A DNA stretch of 64,000 bases from Candidatus Pacearchaeota archaeon (GCA_017608345.1 JAFCGA010000001.1:33766-97765), one strand, 5' to 3'; shown: positions 34,833-44,990, counted from the stretch's first letter. Notes: generated by a model not told the origin, from the letters alone. Numbers and translations: made by a program.

Positions 34833-36767
34833 ATGGTAAGACAGCCTCCAGCACAAGTTTACAGTCAAGTTAGTGATCCTGCTCTAAAAAAAGGCGAGCT
34901 AAAGAAGAGCATACCTTTCTCGATATTACTTTTGCTAGCGATTAATGCTATCATCGGTACAGGTATCTTCTTTGTTCCGGGGATTGCAGCAGGGATTGCT
35001 GGTCCAGCTTCGCTGATTTCATGGGTGGCTGTAGCTAGTATGGCTATATTTATTGCCGCGTGTTTTGCTGAACTTTCAGGTATGTTTCCGAAGTGCGGAG
35101 GAGTATATGAATATACAAAGCAAGCTTTCGGGGAGTTCGGGGGCTACTTAGTTGGGTGGACTTCTTGGATTGTGGCGAACGTGACGATTGCCATGCTCAC
35201 AATCGGCTCTCTTGATTATCTCGGGACCATCGTTCCAATTCCTCACTGGCAAAAGCTAGCATTTTGTGTGGCGTTCTTGATGGGAATGAATTATATTTCG
35301 TTCCGAGGAATAGACATGTCAGTTAAAGTTCTCTTAGTGTTTGCAATATTCACAATTCTAAGCTTATGGACTTTATTTAGCTGGGGAATTTATCATGTTA
35401 ATCTCGCTCACCTGAGTCTAACAACGTTTCTTCCGCTTTTCCCAAAAGTCTCGCTCACGATAGCGATGCTTTATATTATGGAGACGTTCTTCGGCTGGGA
35501 AACCGTCGCATATCTATCTGAAGAAACAAAGGACGCTCAACACGTTATTCCGAAAGTCATGATGTGGGCTACGGTGGCAGTCTGCCTTCTGGCCATAGCT
35601 GTTGTCACAGTTACACTCGGTGTTGTTCCATGGGAGCAGCTTGCCGCTTCAGCTTCACCATTAGTAGACGCAGCAATTGTATTTATGGGTACAACTGGGG
35701 CCAAGTTTATGGCTATTTTGATTTTCCTTAATATTATTGGAGGCGCAGCTGCGTGGATAGTAGTCACTCCACGTTTAGTATATGCGCTTGCAAGAGATAA
35801 ATTGCTGCCTGAATCATTAGGCAAAGTTCATCCTAAGCATAATACTCCTCATATGGCTATCCTCTTGCAGACATTTCTCAGCATTGCAATCGTTCTTGCA
35901 GGAGCCTATAAGTTTCTATTAGAAATGCTATTACCCATGGCAGTATTCATGTATTCAATGGTTATTGTAAGCGTAGCAATACTCAGATTTACAAAGCCTC
36001 ACCTTACAAGAACGTTTAAGGTTCCATGGGGCAAGTATAGTCCGATAATTATTGCGTTGATTATGCTATTTCTAGCCGGTGCGATTGAGATTGGAACAAT
36101 TGTTTCTGGTGCTTTGTTCATCTTAATCGGAATTCCGCTGTATCTGATTACTGTAATAAAATACAAACCAGAGGTCATTAGGGATTTTCTTAATATTTCG
36201 GCAGGACTTACCAAGCTGACGTATAAGTGGTGGCTGTCCAAAAAAACTCGGCGAAGAATTATTCATTTATTGGGCAGTCTAAAAGCGGGTAGAATATTTA
36301 ATCCGAGCTGTAATATTGGAATACTAGCTGTTGATCTATCTAAATTTGTTGGTCCGCAAGGCAAGATATTTGCTACAGATTTATCGGATAAACAGATTAA
36401 TGAAGCCCAGAAATATGCTCTGGAGAATAAATCAGAGAATATTCAATTCATATTGGAAGATCCAGCAGGTAAGCACAAGATTCATCAAGATATACATTCC
36501 TTGCATGGCGCCGCGTCTGTTGATATGCTCAGTTATCTTGAAGATCCTAAATTGTTCTTATGCGAACTTAATCGTAGAATGCATCACCAAGGCAGAATAT
36601 ATTTTGTAGAATTTGATAAGGTGTTTGGTATGCGCACTCAGAGTTGGCTCCAAGAAGATCAGAAAGCAATCCAGGCATTTGCTCAGTGTGGGTTTCATAT
36701 TAAAATCGAGCGAGAAAAGAAGCTTTTCTGGGAGACAATACACCTTCTTGGCTATAAAGTACGATAA
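34833..36767 (+). CDS. APC-family amino-acid permease fused to a C-terminal class-I methyltransferase-like domain
   Basis: The N-terminal ~440 aa have 12 TM helices and an APC pattern (INAIIGTGIFFVPG, FAELSGMFPKCGGVYEY). The C-terminal ~190 aa have a Rossmann-MTase-like layout (IFATDLSDKQINEAQKYA..., RMHHQGRIYFVEF), but the Gly-rich loop is degenerate (NPSCNIG). Confidence 0.75.
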   Translation: MVRQPPAQVYSQVSDPALKKGELKKSIPFSILLLLAINAIIGTGIFFVPGIAAGIAGPASLISWVAVASMAIFIAACFAELSGMFPKCGGVYEYTKQAFGEFGGYLVGWTSWIVANVTIAMLTIGSLDYLGTIVPIPHWQKLAFCVAFLMGMNYISFRGIDMSVKVLLVFAIFTILSLWTLFSWGIYHVNLAHLSLTTFLPLFPKVSLTIAMLYIMETFFGWETVAYLSEETKDAQHVIPKVMMWATVAVCLLAIAVVTVTLGVVPWEQLAASASPLVDAAIVFMGTTGAKFMAILIFLNIIGGAAAWIVVTPRLVYALARDKLLPESLGKVHPKHNTPHMAILLQTFLSIAIVLAGAYKFLLEMLLPMAVFMYSMVIVSVAILRFTKPHLTRTFKVPWGKYSPIIIALIMLFLAGAIEIGTIVSGALFILIGIPLYLITVIKYKPEVIRDFLNISAGLTKLTYKWWLSKKTRRRIIHLLGSLKAGRIFNPSCNIGILAVDLSKFVGPQGKIFATDLSDKQINEAQKYALENKSENIQFILEDPAGKHKIHQDIHSLHGAASVDMLSYLEDPKLFLCELNRRMHHQGRIYFVEFDKVFGMRTQSWLQEDQKAIQAFAQCGFHIKIEREKKLFWETIHLLGYKVR

Positions 36768-36810
36768 GTTAGAGATAATTATATATACTTTCTCTTTGTT
36801 ATAACTACTT

Positions 36811-37587
36811 ATGGAAGATAAGATAACGTTCCTAGGCACAGGGGGTGGCAGAGTAGTTGTATCTAATCAAATCAGATCTACAGGCGGTTTTATGATAAAT
36901 CTAGCCGGCCATCAGATTCATGTCGATCCAGGTCCTGGTGCGCTAGTAAAAGCCAGAGAATTCAATATAGATACTAGCAGGACAGGTATATTCTTTGTTT
37001 CTCATGCTCATCTTGACCACGTTAATGATATAAATGCAGTTATCGATGCCTTGACTCTCGGCGGAGTTCATAAAAAGGGAATACTAATATCTGTTCCATC
37101 TGTGATTGAAGGAACCGACGCAGATATCCCTTGGTTGCGGAAATTTCATCGTTCTGTCCTCGACGAGTGCTTCTCTATACGCGTGGGTGATTCAGTAAAG
37201 ATCGGAGAGCTGAGCTTTACAGCTACACCAACAAAGCACGATGAGCCGATGAACGTCGGATTTAAATTAGAATCATCTAAACTGAGCATTGGCTATACTT
37301 CTGATACAACTTATTCTGGCGAACTCTGGCGCACGTTCAAAGGAGTTAAAATTCTAATTATCAATACCTTGCGTCCCGGTAAGGATCGCTGGAAAACTCA
37401 CATGTGCACAGAAGATGTAATTCGCCTGATCGATAAAGTCCACCCCGAGCTAGCTATTATCCATCACTTCGGAGCCAAAATGGTTAGAGCTAACCCGCTT
37501 TACGAAGCTAGAAAAATTCAGACTCGCACAGGTATTCGTACGATAGCCGCTGCCGACGGGTTAGTGGTTAGTTTGAAGGGTTTATAG
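36811..37587 (+). CDS. metallo-beta-lactamase-fold hydrolase
   Basis: ITFLGTGGG and VSHAHLDH (the HxHxDH motif). Confidence 0.8.
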   Translation: MEDKITFLGTGGGRVVVSNQIRSTGGFMINLAGHQIHVDPGPGALVKAREFNIDTSRTGIFFVSHAHLDHVNDINAVIDALTLGGVHKKGILISVPSVIEGTDADIPWLRKFHRSVLDECFSIRVGDSVKIGELSFTATPTKHDEPMNVGFKLESSKLSIGYTSDTTYSGELWRTFKGVKILIINTLRPGKDRWKTHMCTEDVIRLIDKVHPELAIIHHFGAKMVRANPLYEARKIQTRTGIRTIAAADGLVVSLKGL

Positions 37588-37672
37588 CTCTTTGGATTTC
37601 TCAGTAAGATAAGGTTTTCCGTCCACGCTTTTGCGAGTTCGGGTACAGTAATGAGCAAAAGGGTGGCTGTCT

Positions 37673-37705
37673 GATGGATTAGTTGTTAGTCTTAAAGGAT
37701 TATGA
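37673..37705 (+). pseudogene. relic of an alternative 3' end of the MBL-fold gene
   Basis: GAT GGA TTA GTT GTT AGT CTT AAA GGA TTA TGA encodes DGLVVSLKGL*, identical to the real C-terminus at 37555-37587. There are 9 nucleotide differences, all synonymous. An upstream in-frame stop lies at 37652-37654. Confidence 0.55.
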
Positions 37706-37762
37706 GACTGTAAGGTTATACTATTTGTTAACTTAAGAAATTTAAAAGAAAGAAAATGCCGC

Positions 37763-38008
37763 TTAAAATTGCTTTGCTGCGGCTCTTTTTGCTGCAGATG
37801 CGGCTGTTTTTGTAGCTTTTGCAGAAATATTTGCTGCAGCTGATTTCATAGCTGCTGCTACTGCTTTATGCGCTGTTGCTTTTGCTCCGGTTGATCTCGC
37901 TGCCATTGCCGCTACATTTGCTGCTGCAGCACGCATAGATGCTGCCACTGCTCTATTTGCTGCAGCCGCTACTGCTTTATGTGTTGTTACTTTGCTAGCC
38001 ATTGCCAT
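37763..38008 (-). CDS. small Ala/Lys-rich repeat protein (81 aa)
   Basis: MAMASKVTTHKAVAAAANRAVAASMRAAAANVAAMAARSTGAKATAHKAVAAAMKSAAANISAKATKTAASAAKRAAAKQF. The longer track ORF adds an implausible N-terminus. Confidence 0.45.
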   Translation of the reverse strand: MAMASKVTTHKAVAAAANRAVAASMRAAAANVAAMAARSTGAKATAHKAVAAAMKSAAANISAKATKTAASAAKRAAAKQF

Positions 38009-38102
38009 GATAAAAGAATCGTTTGAGAAGTATATAACTGTTTTGCTTTTAATCTCCGAAGAGTTTTTATATTTTAATCTATATTGTGTTTTTGAGGATA
38101 AA

Positions 38103-38390
38103 ATGGCAGCCAGAAAATTAAGAGTAGCAAAAGAAATTGGAATCGGGCAGAGAGAAAAGAATCTCGGAGCAAAAGCGTTGAGGAAACTAGGAGACTGCAC
38201 GAAGAGAATGAGAACTGTAGAGCGGCTTTTTACAATCGAAGAAAGATGGGAAATGAAAACCGGTCGCGAAGCAATCGGTCTTGATAGCGTAGAGATAAAG
38301 GATCTGAAGTATATACTAACGGAACTTCAATCAGTGGTAGCATTAGTCGAGAATCTGCTAAGGATGGAAGGAGTTGACCTTCGCAGTTAA
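38103..38390 (+). CDS. hypothetical protein (95 aa)
   Basis: Uses the internal ATG (MAARKLRVAKEIG...) of track ORF 37992-38390. The upstream part overlaps the divergent gene. Confidence 0.35.
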   Translation: MAARKLRVAKEIGIGQREKNLGAKALRKLGDCTKRMRTVERLFTIEERWEMKTGREAIGLDSVEIKDLKYILTELQSVVALVENLLRMEGVDLRS

Positions 38391-38408
38391 CTTAATATCC
38401 CGAAATTT

Positions 38409-39299
38409 TTAGCTTTCGTTTGTTTTATTTTTAAGTAAGTAAGCAGCGCCAGCAAATATTTTTTGGAAATATTTGTGCTGAAATTCCCACGACCAGCTAA
38501 ATTCAGTATCATAGAGCCGGTCAATTCCGTAAAATTCTTTGACAATCTCTTGAGCGTGCGGCTCATACTTATTTTGTATATAATTAATTAATTTCTTTGC
38601 TTTTGGATTTGGATAGCTCTGAAAAGGAAGAACTACTGACAAAAGAGCTAGTTCAAATAAAATAGCGTTTAATATTTCTTCTTTTGTGGCCTTGTCAAAG
38701 CTCTTGTAAAATTTCGGAGCTTTTACTGGCTTAACAAACTGGCAGTAATATGCTTCTAGGAGGTAATCACCTAATCCCCGATTTATTAATTCTGAAGCCA
38801 TATATAGGTCTTTTAGAACAAACGTTGCTGTTTCTCCGATAGTCACTGCTAGCTTTTCTGTTTCAGCTGGAGGATATTTTAATTTCTGTAGGATCTTGTA
38901 ATATTCATCAAAAAAATGATTAAAACAGTCGCTTAAATGCTCATTCATTCCTTCTCTCTTTTGGAAAACATGTGTAAGCTCGTGTGCTAGGATACCCATG
39001 CAAGCGTTTATGTTACTCTTCAGATACTTATCTTGCTTTGAAATGAAAATAATAACTACTTCTATATCTTTATATGTGAATGCCATAGATGCTTGTTCTT
39101 GTTCAAACGTGCTAAGGAATTTCTTTCGGGTGTTCTTTGGAAAGTCTCTGAATAAGCTTGCTGCGTGTTTAACCTGGTCGATGATAAAAATCTTTTCGAT
39201 ATAATCTGGTATAGGGAGCAATTGCTTTAAATTAGCTTCAACTTTCTTAAAGTAGGTCTTATTTAGATTTCCCTTGATTAAGAATTCCATAAAATTCAA
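38409..39299 (-). CDS. hypothetical protein with an HExxH motif (putative metalloprotease)
   Basis: GILAHELTHVFQKREG. Confidence 0.5.
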   Translation of the reverse strand: MNFMEFLIKGNLNKTYFKKVEANLKQLLPIPDYIEKIFIIDQVKHAASLFRDFPKNTRKKFLSTFEQEQASMAFTYKDIEVVIIFISKQDKYLKSNINACMGILAHELTHVFQKREGMNEHLSDCFNHFFDEYYKILQKLKYPPAETEKLAVTIGETATFVLKDLYMASELINRGLGDYLLEAYYCQFVKPVKAPKFYKSFDKATKEEILNAILFELALLSVVLPFQSYPNPKAKKLINYIQNKYEPHAQEIVKEFYGIDRLYDTEFSWSWEFQHKYFQKIFAGAAYLLKNKTNES

Positions 39300-39381
39300 T
39301 CGCTATCCTTACTTAAAAAATTTTAGAAAACTAGCAAGTAAGAACATAATTGTTAAATATCTCAAACACATTTTTGATATA

Positions 39382-40707
39382 ATGATTAAGCATCATCATA
39401 AAAGGAAAGTCGAAAGAAAGCAAATTACCTTAAAGCGAGACCTCGGATTGCTCGAAGCAACTTTCTGCGGTGTAGGAATTATCTTAGGAGCTGGAATCTA
39501 TGCTCTAATTGGAAAAGCTGCTGGAATTGCAGGTAATTCTGTATGGCTATCTTTCGCTATCGCGTCATTAGTTGCAGCTCTCACAGGTTTATCCTATGCA
39601 GAGCTATCTTCGATGTTTCCGAGCGATTCTGGAGAATATATTTATACAAAGAAAGCATTTGGAGCTAGAGTTGCCTTCCTTGTAGGTTATTTTGTCATAG
39701 CGGCAGGTATTATTTCAGCAGCAGCAGTAGCTCTGGGTTTTGGCGGCTATCTTGCAGCTCTATTAAATGTAAATTTCATCATACCAATGGCTATCGGCTG
39801 CATTGTTCTTTTCTCTTTAATTAACTTTTGGGGCATAAAGCAGACAGCATGGGTTAATATTATTTGTACAGTTCTTGAAGCTGGTGGATTGATATTAATT
39901 ATAGTTCTAGCACTCAAGTTCATTGGCAGAGTAAATTATTTTGAAATGCCACACGGATACGTGGGCGTTTTCTCAGCAGCATCTCTGATATTCTTTGCGT
40001 TCATTGGTTTTGAGAGTATAATCAAACTATCCGAGGAAACTAAGCAGCCCAGGAAAACAATCCCTAAGGCTTTAATTTTATCGATTATTATAAGTACCAT
40101 ATTATATATTTTAGTAGGAATCGCAGCGGTTTCTGTTCTTGGTTGGGAAAAATTAGGAGCTTCAGCTGCTCCGCTAGCAGATGTGGCAGCAGCAGCTATG
40201 GGAAGCAACGCATTTACGATGTTAGCGATTATAGCTATTTTCTCAACAGCAAATACTGTTTTGATAATCTTGCTTTCAACTTCAAGAATAATATATGGTA
40301 TGAGTGCTGATAAGTCCCTACCTAAAATACTATCTCATATCCATAAAAAGCAGAGAACTCCTTGGGTAGCTATAATTGCAGTAGCACTTTTGGCAATTGC
40401 TTTCGCACTAATCGGAGACATTACTTTTGTAGCTGGGGCAACTAATTTTGCTATATTTATTACCTTTGCAGTTGTTAATGCAGCGCTAATTGGTTTGAGA
40501 TATACTGACTCTAAGCAAAAGAGACCATTTAAGGTGCCGTTGAATATCGGTAAGTTCCCAGTACTAGCCTTACTTGGAATTATAACTTCTATATTTATGC
40601 TGTTCAACCTGGACAAAATGGTTCTTATTAGTGGCGTTGGTTTGACCTTAGTTGGAATCGCAATATACGAAGGTTATAGTAGGGTGCATATGAATAAGAA
40701 AAGCTAA
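39382..40707 (+). CDS. APC-family amino-acid permease
   Basis: LGLLEATFCGVGIILGAGIYALIGKAAG, YAELSSMFPSDSGEYIYTKKAFG, and 12 TM helices. The start is set at the internal ATG (MIKHHHKRK). Confidence 0.85.
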   Translation: MIKHHHKRKVERKQITLKRDLGLLEATFCGVGIILGAGIYALIGKAAGIAGNSVWLSFAIASLVAALTGLSYAELSSMFPSDSGEYIYTKKAFGARVAFLVGYFVIAAGIISAAAVALGFGGYLAALLNVNFIIPMAIGCIVLFSLINFWGIKQTAWVNIICTVLEAGGLILIIVLALKFIGRVNYFEMPHGYVGVFSAASLIFFAFIGFESIIKLSEETKQPRKTIPKALILSIIISTILYILVGIAAVSVLGWEKLGASAAPLADVAAAAMGSNAFTMLAIIAIFSTANTVLIILLSTSRIIYGMSADKSLPKILSHIHKKQRTPWVAIIAVALLAIAFALIGDITFVAGATNFAIFITFAVVNAALIGLRYTDSKQKRPFKVPLNIGKFPVLALLGIITSIFMLFNLDKMVLISGVGLTLVGIAIYEGYSRVHMNKKS

Positions 40708-40743
40708 AAGTAGTATCTAGCTTAAACTAGATTAAATAATATA

Positions 40744-41676
40744 ATGGAACCTTTAACTGCTGCAATAGTGATTTTTATCGTTTCTATTTTATTATTGGGT
40801 GGCTCTTCAGCGTATTTAGTTAGAGCGCTAGCGTTTATTGCTCAGAAAATAGGCATATCGGAATTCGTAATCGGCAGCGTTATATTAGCAATGGGGACGA
40901 CCTTGCCTGAGCTAACTAGCACTGTAATTGCTAACCTTCAGGGCAAACCTGAGCTGGGAGTGGGTGTAGTAATCGGTTCGGTTGTTACTAATCTCTGTCT
41001 AATCCTTGGAATAGTATCTCTACTTCGCGAGCAGAAAATTGAAGGCAAAACAGAGAAGAGAAGCTTCTTATTTGCGCTGGCTCCGCTCATTTTATTCGCG
41101 CTTCTAGCTTTCAACGGAACTATCTCACGATGGGAGGGCGTTCTCTTAGTCGGTGTTTTTGCGATGTATCTTTATTATATGTTTAGTCAAGGTATTTTAG
41201 TTAGCCGGAAGAGACCGCAATTTAAGACCATGCATTTGCACTATCTCATGGTGCCGCTAGCGATCTTCACGATAATAATCGCATCTAGACTTTTAGTAGA
41301 TACTGCTCAATATGTTGCACTTGCTGTAGGGATACCGCTCGCAGTAGTTGGTCTTATCATTGTTGCTTTTGGCACGTCTGTTCCAGAGCTAGCCTCGAGC
41401 ATAGCAGCTACTGTTAGCGGGGAGCAGAACTTAGCAGTCGGAGACCTAGTCGGAGCAAATATAACTGTCGTCCTTTTTGTTATAGGAGTTGCAGCGATAA
41501 TAAGACCAATTACGATTGTGTTTAGACAGTTTTATGTTCCGTTATTTATTGGACTCGGCGCAACCGCATGGTTCATGAGCTATGTCACTATTCGGCACAA
41601 GACTGATCGGTTTTTGGGAGCTAGCCTGCTAGGAATATACGTGGTTTATTTAGCGCTTACTTGGTTGAGAATCTAA
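40744..41676 (+). CDS. Ca2+/cation (Na+) antiporter, CaCA family
   Basis: Two alpha-repeats, GTTLPELTSTVIA and GTSVPELASSIAA. Confidence 0.85.
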   Translation: MEPLTAAIVIFIVSILLLGGSSAYLVRALAFIAQKIGISEFVIGSVILAMGTTLPELTSTVIANLQGKPELGVGVVIGSVVTNLCLILGIVSLLREQKIEGKTEKRSFLFALAPLILFALLAFNGTISRWEGVLLVGVFAMYLYYMFSQGILVSRKRPQFKTMHLHYLMVPLAIFTIIIASRLLVDTAQYVALAVGIPLAVVGLIIVAFGTSVPELASSIAATVSGEQNLAVGDLVGANITVVLFVIGVAAIIRPITIVFRQFYVPLFIGLGATAWFMSYVTIRHKTDRFLGASLLGIYVVYLALTWLRI

Positions 41677-41714
41677 ACAGAATTTTTTTAAACAAGTAGC
41701 TAGAGATAAGTATA

Positions 41715-44081
41715 ATGACCTTGGATAAAAGACCAGATTTTAAGGAATTAGAAGCTAAATGGCAAGCTTACTGGAAGAAGAATAAGATCAATAAGTTCGA
41801 TCCTAAATCCAATAAGCCAATTTATTCTATTGATACTCCTCCACCTTACGCTTCAGATGCGCATCTTCACATAGGGCATGCAGAGAGCTATACTCAATTT
41901 GAAATTATTGCTCGATATAGAAAGCTAGCTGGATTCAATGTCTATTTCCCGCCTTGTTTTGATAATAACGGCATGCCAACTGAGAGGTATGTTGAGAAAG
42001 AGTACAAAATCAAGAAGGGCGACATGCCTAGATCCAAGTTCATTAAATTGTGCAGAAAAGTTTCAAAAGAAGTCGAGAAAAACTATTCTGATCGTTTCTT
42101 CAACGCGCTCGGTTTCTCATTTGATTGGGACTTACTCTATACTACAATTGATCCAGAAGCTCAGAAAGTTGCTCAGACTTCTTTTTTGAGACTTGTCAAA
42201 GATAAGCGAGCTTATCGCGCTGAAGAGCCTACGCTGTGGTGCCCGCACTGCCAGACAGCTCTAGCGCAGGCAGAAGTTGAGAATAGCTCGAGAAATACTA
42301 AGATTAATCGGATTAATTTCGAGCTAGAAGACGGAAAAAAGATTGAAATCGCAACAACTCGGCCGGAATTCTTGCCCGCAACTGTCGCTGTGTTTGCTCA
42401 TCCAAAAGATAAGCGCTATAAGAAATATTTTGGAAAGAAAGCTAAAGTTCCGCTTTTTGACCTTAAAGTTCCGATTCTTCCAGATGAAGAAGTTGATCCT
42501 GAATTTGGATCCGGAATAATGATGGTCTGTACTTTTGGAGATAGCGCAGACGTTGACAAATGGAAGCGGCATAAGCTAGACTTGCGAATCATGCTAAATC
42601 GAGACGGGACACTCAATGAATTAGCTGGCAAGTATAAAGGATTAGATCTTAAGACGGGCAGGCAAGCAATACTTGATGATCTAGAAGGTCAGGGTTACTT
42701 TATCCAAGACGAGCCGCTGAAGCAGGACGTTGGTATTTGCTGGAGATGCGCGACACCAGTAGAATTCTTAGTTACAAAGCAATGGTTCATCAACGTGCTT
42801 GATCACAAAAAAGATATTATCAAGTTCGGACGGAAGATTAATTGGTATCCGAAATACATGCGCAATCGATTAGAAGACTGGACAAACAATCTTGGTTGGG
42901 ACTGGTGCATTTCTCGTCAGAGATTTTACGGAGTTCCGATTCCAGTTTGGTACTGCTCGAAATGCGATGAAGCTCTGCTGCCTAATGAAAACGAGCTTCC
43001 AGTAAATCCCGAGGATATTGCAGTCAAACGCAAATGCAAATGTGGAAATAGCAAGTTTATTCCAGAGAAAGATGTTTTTGATACTTGGATGACTAGCTCG
43101 AACTCGCCACAAGTAGCTTGCAAATGGCTAGAAAAACCAAAGCAGTACAAGAAAACTTGGCCGATGACTCTTCGGCCGCAGTCGCAAGATATAATTCGAA
43201 CTTGGGCGTTCTATACAATCTACAAGAACTTAGCGCTGTTTAAGGAAAAGCCGTGGGAAGATATTATGATTAGCCCGTATGTTTTAGATCCGAAAGGGAG
43301 AGGAATGTCAAAGTCTAAGGGAAATGCTATTTGGTTACACACTTATTTAGAGAAGTATTCTTCAGATGCAATTAGATATTGGGTTTCGACAGCCGGTCTT
43401 GGTGGAGACATGCCCTTTAAGGAGCAGGAAATTGTTCGAGGGACTAAACTGCTAACTAAAATATGGAACACAGCTAGATTTGCTAGCATGCATCGCGAAG
43501 ATATTCCTAAGAAAGCTGAGCCGGAAATAATTGATAAATGGATTATGTCTAAGATAGCTCTGACTCTAAAAAGCTACAAGAAGTTCTTTGATAAATATGA
43601 AATCGCTAAGGCTCGGAAAGCTCTAGAGATGTTCTTCTACACTGACTTCTGCGATAATTATCTCGAGATGATTAAGTACAGATTATATGGCGAGGACAAG
43701 AAGAGCAAAGCTTCAGCGCAGTATCACCTGTATACAGTTTTATTTGAAGTTCTCAAAATGTGGGCGCCAATCTTACCGCACATAACTGAAGCGCTCTATC
43801 AAGAGCTATACAAAAAGGAGATGAAAGCAAAGTCAATACATCGGTTAGAATTCAGCGAAGGAATAAGTTATCCTAAAGGATTAGAGCAAGGCAAGCTAGC
43901 TTGCGATGTTATTTCTGCACTTAGAAAGTGGAAGCAGAAGCAAAGTTACTCTCTGGGAAAAGAGATTGATAAATTAACTCTTAGCTATTCTAAGGATTTG
44001 TCCAAAATTAAGAAGGTTATAGCTGGAACTATGCGAATTAAGAAGTTGATTGCTAAAAAAGGAAAATTGAAAATTAATTAG
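41715..44081 (+). CDS. valS: valyl-tRNA synthetase
   Basis: IDTPPPYASDAHLHIGHA, FDNNGMPTE, TTRPEFLPATVAVFAHP, WDWCISRQRFYGVPIPVWYC, LRPQSQDIIRTWAFYT, KMSKSKGN and DNYLEMIKYRLYGED align by eye with archaeal ValRS. Confidence 0.88.
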   Translation: MTLDKRPDFKELEAKWQAYWKKNKINKFDPKSNKPIYSIDTPPPYASDAHLHIGHAESYTQFEIIARYRKLAGFNVYFPPCFDNNGMPTERYVEKEYKIKKGDMPRSKFIKLCRKVSKEVEKNYSDRFFNALGFSFDWDLLYTTIDPEAQKVAQTSFLRLVKDKRAYRAEEPTLWCPHCQTALAQAEVENSSRNTKINRINFELEDGKKIEIATTRPEFLPATVAVFAHPKDKRYKKYFGKKAKVPLFDLKVPILPDEEVDPEFGSGIMMVCTFGDSADVDKWKRHKLDLRIMLNRDGTLNELAGKYKGLDLKTGRQAILDDLEGQGYFIQDEPLKQDVGICWRCATPVEFLVTKQWFINVLDHKKDIIKFGRKINWYPKYMRNRLEDWTNNLGWDWCISRQRFYGVPIPVWYCSKCDEALLPNENELPVNPEDIAVKRKCKCGNSKFIPEKDVFDTWMTSSNSPQVACKWLEKPKQYKKTWPMTLRPQSQDIIRTWAFYTIYKNLALFKEKPWEDIMISPYVLDPKGRGMSKSKGNAIWLHTYLEKYSSDAIRYWVSTAGLGGDMPFKEQEIVRGTKLLTKIWNTARFASMHREDIPKKAEPEIIDKWIMSKIALTLKSYKKFFDKYEIAKARKALEMFFYTDFCDNYLEMIKYRLYGEDKKSKASAQYHLYTVLFEVLKMWAPILPHITEALYQELYKKEMKAKSIHRLEFSEGISYPKGLEQGKLACDVISALRKWKQKQSYSLGKEIDKLTLSYSKDLSKIKKVIAGTMRIKKLIAKKGKLKIN

Positions 44082-44494
44082 ACATCTATGCATATCCTAA
44101 ATTCGCGTTCTAAAGCAGACTTTTCTCGCATATCTGCTATTACTGCATTCGTATAATTCTCTGCAGCTCGATTGTAGATGCAAAGAACTTTATTCATACC
44201 GTGAATTATTCTATGTGCTTCCTGAATACGATCTTTCTCGGAGAAACATACATTACCGAATAATCTGCGACCACCATCATTTGCACCCGTAGCTTCGTAG
44301 TCTATATCTCCTTTAAATCTGAGTCCTTCTATTATCTCATCTAGAATTATATGGAATTTCTGATCTAAGAATGGAAAAGTGATATGTTGTTTAGATCTTA
44401 GTCTAATAAAGTGGTCTTCGCCTCGATAATAGACTTCAACAGAATCTACGTATTTATCTTTGATTAGCTCATCAATCGTCTGATATTCTGCCAT
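44078..44494 (-). CDS. hypothetical protein (138 aa)
   Basis: ORF in the track, 1 nt downstream of the 131-aa ORF, forming a two-gene unit. Confidence 0.45.
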   Translation of the reverse strand: MAEYQTIDELIKDKYVDSVEVYYRGEDHFIRLRSKQHITFPFLDQKFHIILDEIIEGLRFKGDIDYEATGANDGGRRLFGNVCFSEKDRIQEAHRIIHGMNKVLCIYNRAAENYTNAVIADMREKSALEREFRICIDV

Positions 44495-44495
44495 T

Positions 44496-44891
44496 TTATT
44501 TTACTGGAATATAAAAATCATCAAATTCGTGACTTCGCGGACAGTTATCGTAAACACTGCATAGCCCGCATAGACTTTCTTTTTTAACATCTTGTTTACT
44601 AACCGGACCGTTTACATTTGAGTCCGAACATACTGCTTGGGAGATACACACTGCTTTCCCTAAGTAAGTTATAGTATAACTTTCTATGCTCTCCTCGCCT
44701 CTTGCCAGATTAAGGACTATAGTATCATACTTTGTGAGGACATTTCTTATTGCTTCGTGTCTATCGCTACGTAGAACTTCCTTTTTTAATTCTGAGCCAG
44801 ATGATTCAGGAGCAGGTTTATCTAAAATGATCTCTAGCTCCTTATTTCTTCTATTAAGTAGAAGAGATATCATAGAATTAGTTAATTTCAT
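44496..44891 (-). CDS. hypothetical Cys-containing protein (131 aa)
   Basis: ORF in the track, with CGLCSVYDNCP near the C-terminus. Confidence 0.45.
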   Translation of the reverse strand: MKLTNSMISLLLNRRNKELEIILDKPAPESSGSELKKEVLRSDRHEAIRNVLTKYDTIVLNLARGEESIESYTITYLGKAVCISQAVCSDSNVNGPVSKQDVKKESLCGLCSVYDNCPRSHEFDDFYIPVK

Positions 44892-44990
44892 TTTGTATTT
44901 GGAGCTGTTAAACCTTATAAGTTTTCGTGGTCTACTTTATAATAGTCTAGAATTAATAATTCTTTTAAACCACCGATTTTTATAATTTTT

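Noticed and set aside
37992-38102. N-terminal 37 codons of track ORF 37992-38390.
   Set aside because: They overlap the divergent Ala-rich gene and its upstream region. The internal ATG at 38103 gives a cleaner gene.
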